Shown here piece after piece: positions 58,933 to 64,000 of a DNA stretch of 64,000 bases (the stretch's first letter is position 1; each line of letters starts with the position of its first letter). This stretch comes from Eledone cirrhosa. Taxonomy: Eukaryota. Location: NCBI GenBank assembly GCA_964016885.1, contig OZ024740.1, positions 308,512,001-308,576,000 on the forward strand. Direction: 5' to 3'. A program made the position numbers and the translations under genes. The notes beneath the pieces are model-generated. The model was not told the DNA's origin and did not search any database. It was given only the letters and a program-made list of their open reading frames with translations.

Positions 58933-59274
58933 CAGAGGTTCTCAAAGTGGGTGCTACCGCCCACCGAGGGACATTGAGAAGGTCTAGTGGGCGCTGGGGT
59001 CTAAGGGGGCATGGTAGAGATGATATAGGAAAATAAAATATCAAATTATACATTCTAAACCCATGCTAGCATGGAAGATAGACGTTAAATGATGATGATG
59101 ATGATGACATATTATATAAATATAAGTAAAATAAAAAATATTTATTATTTATTATATATAAATTGATGATTTTATTTATTATATATTATTTACAATTTGC
59201 ATGTAGGTAGGTCTCTCTGGATATACATGCCGTGAGGGGGCGATGGCCCAAATAAAATACTTTAAGAACCTCTG
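58933..59274. mobile_element. hAT (Charlie-like) MITE with a nested RTE-tail fragment
   Basis: TIRs CAGAGGTTCTcAAAGT / ACTTTaAGAACCTCTG and 8-bp TSD ATTTAGAG / ATTTAGTG. Nested cccatgctagcatggaagatagacgttaaat(GAT)n at about 59055-59107. Confidence 0.85.
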
Positions 59275-59887
59275 ATTTAGTGAATCAATGGTGATCAAAA
59301 TAGTTGCTGATGTCAAAGATAACAACTTTACCATTCCTGAAGTTATTCAAAGGCAAGAAAAAAGTAGTAAATGTTTCAAGAATAGTGTTTTTTTTTTAGA
59401 ACCTGAATGTTCAGAATTCATACTATTGTTCACATAACTTTGGTCAGCGTATCTAAGATCTCTACAAGAAATAAAACATTGTTCATGGTGCACAGACTCA
59501 TTTTGTAACATAATCAGGCGAAATATTTGACCTGGTATTTATTATAAAATTGACATGTGAAAAATTGTTTGGTATGTAACTCTATCTAGGCTTATTTTGT
59601 ATTGCCTATCAACTGTTATGTAACTGATTTAATTTTTTGTTTAACCCTTAACTTAGTATATGATGTATTGATGAAAGCTCAGATTAGGCACTACATAACA
59701 CCTAAATTCCTGTACCACATGGAACCACATTAAAACAGCTCTATGACATTAACAATTGAAGTCATTCCTTTATTAGAGCAAATTCTCATAACAATCTATC
59801 CACTAGTAAAGATACTATAAACATTTGAATTAACAAGCCCTTTCTTAAAGATATTTTCTGCTAAATTATTATAGGATAACTTCTTAA

Positions 59888-60093
59888 CCTTGTAGCATTT
59901 ACATTACTCTATACTTACTATTATATTTTCATGGTAAAGGCTTTACCTACATAATTATCTCACATAATATCGAATCTATGAGATTTGGATATTATTTTGA
60001 GAACAAAACCTTAACATCAGTATGAACAGCCGGTTTGAACAGAAAGAGGTGAGAGAATTCTGGCTGGATATGGATGGTTTCAATGCTAAAGGT
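59888..60093 (+). mobile_element. piggyBac-type MITE (third copy of the 51081 family)
   Basis: TTAA flanks, degenerate TIRs and the same body. Confidence 0.85.
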
Positions 60094-60697
60094 TTAAACA
60101 AAAACAAATGTTTTAGAAAGCCGAAAAGGAACAATTATTTTGTTTCACAAAGAAATCATTGTCAAAAGTCAGGACTAGTTTTTAGCTTCAGTAATTTTTT
60201 GTGATACCAAATTGGATGCTATAACTAAGCAAAAACTGAGAGAGTTTAGCTATATTTTGGTTGTTCAATATTTTTGGTAAGTGACTGGTGGTAACGGTGC
60301 ATAATAAACTGTTTCAAGATGTAGAAGTTAGTTAAACACATTTGACATGGTTTTTTTTTCTTCAGGGATGGGAGTGGAGGGAATATCAGTTTTCTAGGCG
60401 TGGCCATTCTATTTATATTTGGTCTCATGTGATCTAGAATACTAGATGGTAGAGCTTAGTTTGTGGGAAGAATTGGCTGCTGCAATAAAATAGATGTTCA
60501 TGTGGTTTTTGTCTATAAACTTCCTTACTGTATCTTTTGATCTGTTATTGCTTAGCGATAATTGAACAGAGCTATGCATGTATGTATGCATACATGTATG
60601 TATGTAATCATCACTGTTTAACAACAGCTTTTCTTGTTAGCAAGAGTTGGACACAAACATATATTTGTATAAGTAGGGAATAATTTTTCTTTCGAAC

Positions 60698-60729
<32 letters not shown>

Positions 60730-60742
<13 letters not shown>

Positions 60743-61694
60743 GAGGATGTCTGTCTATGTAAATCCCTAAAACTCGAGAAGTACCTGACCGATTTTTTTT
60801 CAAACTTTACACATGCGTTACTTATATTTCTTGAAGTGCAATGGGCTAAAAAAATTTAACTTTTTCTGCCCTAGGGCCCACAGTAGGCGAAAAACCGCAT
60901 TTTAAAGGCATTCTTAGGCTTTTTTGAGGATTTCCTTGAAATTTGCATCACACATTAGTTAGTCCCCTCACATTGCTGTAGACAAACAAAATTTCGATTC
61001 CATGAACGGTTTTTAGGAAATTTACGAATTAGCATTGGGCATTACATGTCATTTTCAATATAAACGCTATTTAAACATAGGTAGCGTATAATATTTCATT
61101 AAAAATTTGGTTTATTTAACAGAGGACACAACACTTACTTACTTTTAAGCAGGACCATTTTCGGGGGATTGAGGAAATGAGGAGGACCTTGAAATTTTTG
61201 TCGGTGCCCTGTTGACGCTTCGTGCTTTCATCACGTGCAAATCTGGGCCCTGTGTACATTGCCGTGTTATTGACACAGTAAAACTCACGTCTGTGCTACT
61301 TCTACTAAGACCCCTTTTGTTGCACCTACACCGCAGTATGAACGCCCTGCGCAAGTACGCCAAACAGCGGTTGTGCTAATTCTGCAGTGACTCCGTTTGT
61401 CACACCTTTGTTGCTGTGTAAACGCAGTGCAACCAGTGCCGCCTAGCGTTTGTGCTAATTGCACTATGACCCCCTTCTGCTGCAGCTGTGTTGCCACGCT
61501 GATTTCGTCATCTCAATATCCCTACTTAAACGTACATCCCTACTTGGTTTTCACACAATTAACTACATCGCTCCCCAATCATTCCCTGAGAATAAGAGAA
61601 TTCAAAAAGTACACAGCTACATTCCTCAATCTTTGCATATGCGTGTTGCTATTTCAGGGTTCCTACTCCGTGCAACGCCGGGTCCTGCTGCTAG
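60730..61694 (+). mobile_element. Non-autonomous Helitron
   Basis: The 5' end tatatataaaa..gtctgtct..aactcgagaa..accgatttt..aaacttt is typical of Helitron-N starts. The 3' end has a GC-rich hairpin-like ccgtgcaacgccggg followed by CTAG|T. Both ends lie in (TA)n. Confidence 0.75.
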
Positions 61695-61696
61695 TA

Positions 61697-61729
<33 letters not shown>

Positions 61730-63580
61730 GTGTGTAGACCTATAGTCAAAGGCATTTCCGACATCAGGCATTTCAGGATGGATCATACCATCTTTTTATG
61801 TGCAGGGAATCCTGTGTTACATTATCTAATGTGTCCTTTTTAAGCTGTTAGGATATAATTTGATGGCAATTCAGCTGCATTTTTTTGTCAAGATCATGAA
61901 GAAGCTTCTTCATTGGCTCATGTTGATGTTGGTGACTGGTGCTAGTAGTGGTTTTTGTGTGTGTGATCTTGTTATTGATAGTGGTGATAGTATTGGTGCT
62001 TTTTCTTTTAGATGAACCTACACCACAAGTGTATTTGTTTTCGGTGAGTGTTGGTTTTAGCCAACTTTTGTGTAGTATTTAGTCACACTCCACTGTCATT
62101 GTGTGAAGTCTGCCTTCTTTAACCACATGTTAGTGTTGTAGTACTGTGTTGTACAGCCACTAGTTCACCTTTGGATGACTTACTTCAAGTACTTTCTAGT
62201 GTAGCTAGCATAATGGTGAGTGTGACACTGGGGATGCTAGAAAAGACAGGAGAGAGGGTGATGTATTTTTTCTGGGTGGCGGAGGGAGGGGGGAGTAATT
62301 AATTCTAGATATATAATTATTTGGAATCACCACTAACACCAGAGTGTTTACTGTCATGTCCACATTCTGGCAAATAATGGCTGTTGTTTGATTGTTATGG
62401 GTGGTAGTAGTAATGGTTTAGTAGTAGCAGGAGTGAATTTAACAGAAACTGTCAATTACTGGATGTTTGTACATATGTCTGTATTTTTCTATGTGAAAAT
62501 TCCATATTGAAGTATGATGTAATTTCAATATATACTGGTGCCTAAACTGGTTCATATGTAGTGTTTGTAGTCATGATGGTGGTACTAATGGTCCATTAAT
62601 GAAGGTTAGTAGTGATTAAATAGCATAGTTAAATGTAACTGCCATTAACTGGACTATAATTACTGGGTATCTGAAACTAAATGGATCCTATTGCCTCAGG
62701 ATTAATTAGTATATTGACGGTGAACCAATACTACTGAAATGTATGGTGGTTGTATGTCAGGAGGGTGCATGGCCCTTTATGATCTGAGTTCAAATCCCGC
62801 CGAGGTTAACTTTACCTTTCATCCTTATGGGGTCGATAAAATAAAGTACCAGTAATGCTCTGGGATAATTGCTGGCCTTGTGCCAAAAGTAGAAACAATT
62901 ATTAGATTATAGGGCGGTGGATTGGCAGTATTGGTAGATGATCGGATGCCATGCTTTGCTTCATAGTTACGACCCTTTACTGTCTGAGTTCAAATCCCGC
63001 CGAGGTTAGCTTTGCCTTTCATCTTTACAGGGTCAATAAAATAAAGCATCAGTAATGCACTGGGATAATTGCTGGACTTGTGCCAAAAGAAGAAGCAATT
63101 ATTAGACTATGGTGCTTTGACAATATGTCAATCTATCTGTGACAAGCCTTGACAAAGTATTTTTGTGACATCTTGATTGTGTCTGTTCCTACAAGCCTTG
63201 GCAGTGTCTCTTTGAGCAAGTCTTTGGATGTCTTGGTTTGTGACACCTTGACAATATCTATCTGTGACAGGCCTCAGCAATCTGAATATATCTGTGACAG
63301 TGTGTGTCCATGAGAAGTTATGTCAATGTCTGTTGTACTTAGTGACACTTAAACTGTTTGTGATATACTTTGATTTAACTGTATTAAAGTCTTTCACAAA
63401 CATATCAAGCTGATAAAACACTCTTTTACAATTCTGCCACTGCAGTGAGCCATTCTACACTGATGCCTATATACAACCAGGTAGACTGTGGGTTAGGCAT
63501 TGGTAGTTAGGATTTTACCATAAATACAGTGGAATAATGCCGATAAACAGTAACGATTATTAGCTTTAATGAACTTTTAA

Positions 63581-63836
63581 CTCTTTTGTTACCAGAATTC
63601 TAATGAAAAATACCGCCTATAACATTCAAATCATTTAAAAAATAATCGTGCATGCATTTGGAATGATTTAGTAATATAACTTTCTCATTATTAAGCTGGT
63701 GTTTGGGACATAACTTAGCAAAGGTTCTTGTATAAAACTATGATGAAAGGTTTCTAGATAAATATAAACATTTTAGAATAAGGTGATTTGTATTGTATAA
63801 CCAGGGTCAGTTTTATGTGGTTTGGTATCAAAAGGG
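63581..63836. mobile_element. piggyBac-type MITE, second family
   Basis: TTAA|CTCTTTTGTTACCA ... TGGTATCAAAAGGG|TTAA. Confidence 0.8.
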
Positions 63837-64000
63837 TTAAAGGCCAATACTTAGTTCAAATTTCATAATGCAATATAGATGAGAGGATAGGATATCAGTC
63901 TATTCAGTACTTTCTTTCTGCCTGGTGCAGTTTTTTGTCTTGCCACTCTCTGTAGTCATTCGACATCTAGCAGAGACAACTGGAGATTTCTGGCATTCTT

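Overview
AT-rich eukaryotic genomic DNA packed with microsatellites. The repeat landscape resembles an octopus/coleoid cephalopod genome (inference). The only host coding sequence I can support is the first coding exon (2004-2129, +) of an ASAP1/ASAP2-family Arf-GAP gene. I found no second exon, so the remaining ~62 kb appears to be one large intron. It contains an ~8 kb (TA)n array, a 5'-truncated but nearly intact RTE-clade LINE with a PHD-type zinc finger after the RT, several RTE and CRE-like fragments, mariner/hAT/piggyBac MITEs, a non-autonomous Helitron, tRNA-derived SINEs and a 5S-rRNA-headed SINE. The most unusual signal is a set of very short non-coding elements next to (TA)n tracts. 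Several carry minimal type-I hammerhead-ribozyme-like motifs with self-complementary stem III (Penelope/retrozyme-like), and several are folded back into near-perfect palindromes. An overlapping subset of otherwise unrelated families shares the sub-terminal 11-mer GTACTCAATAC. Most ORFs in the supplied track are microsatellite artefacts. All alignments were made by eye and boundaries of old repeats are approximate.
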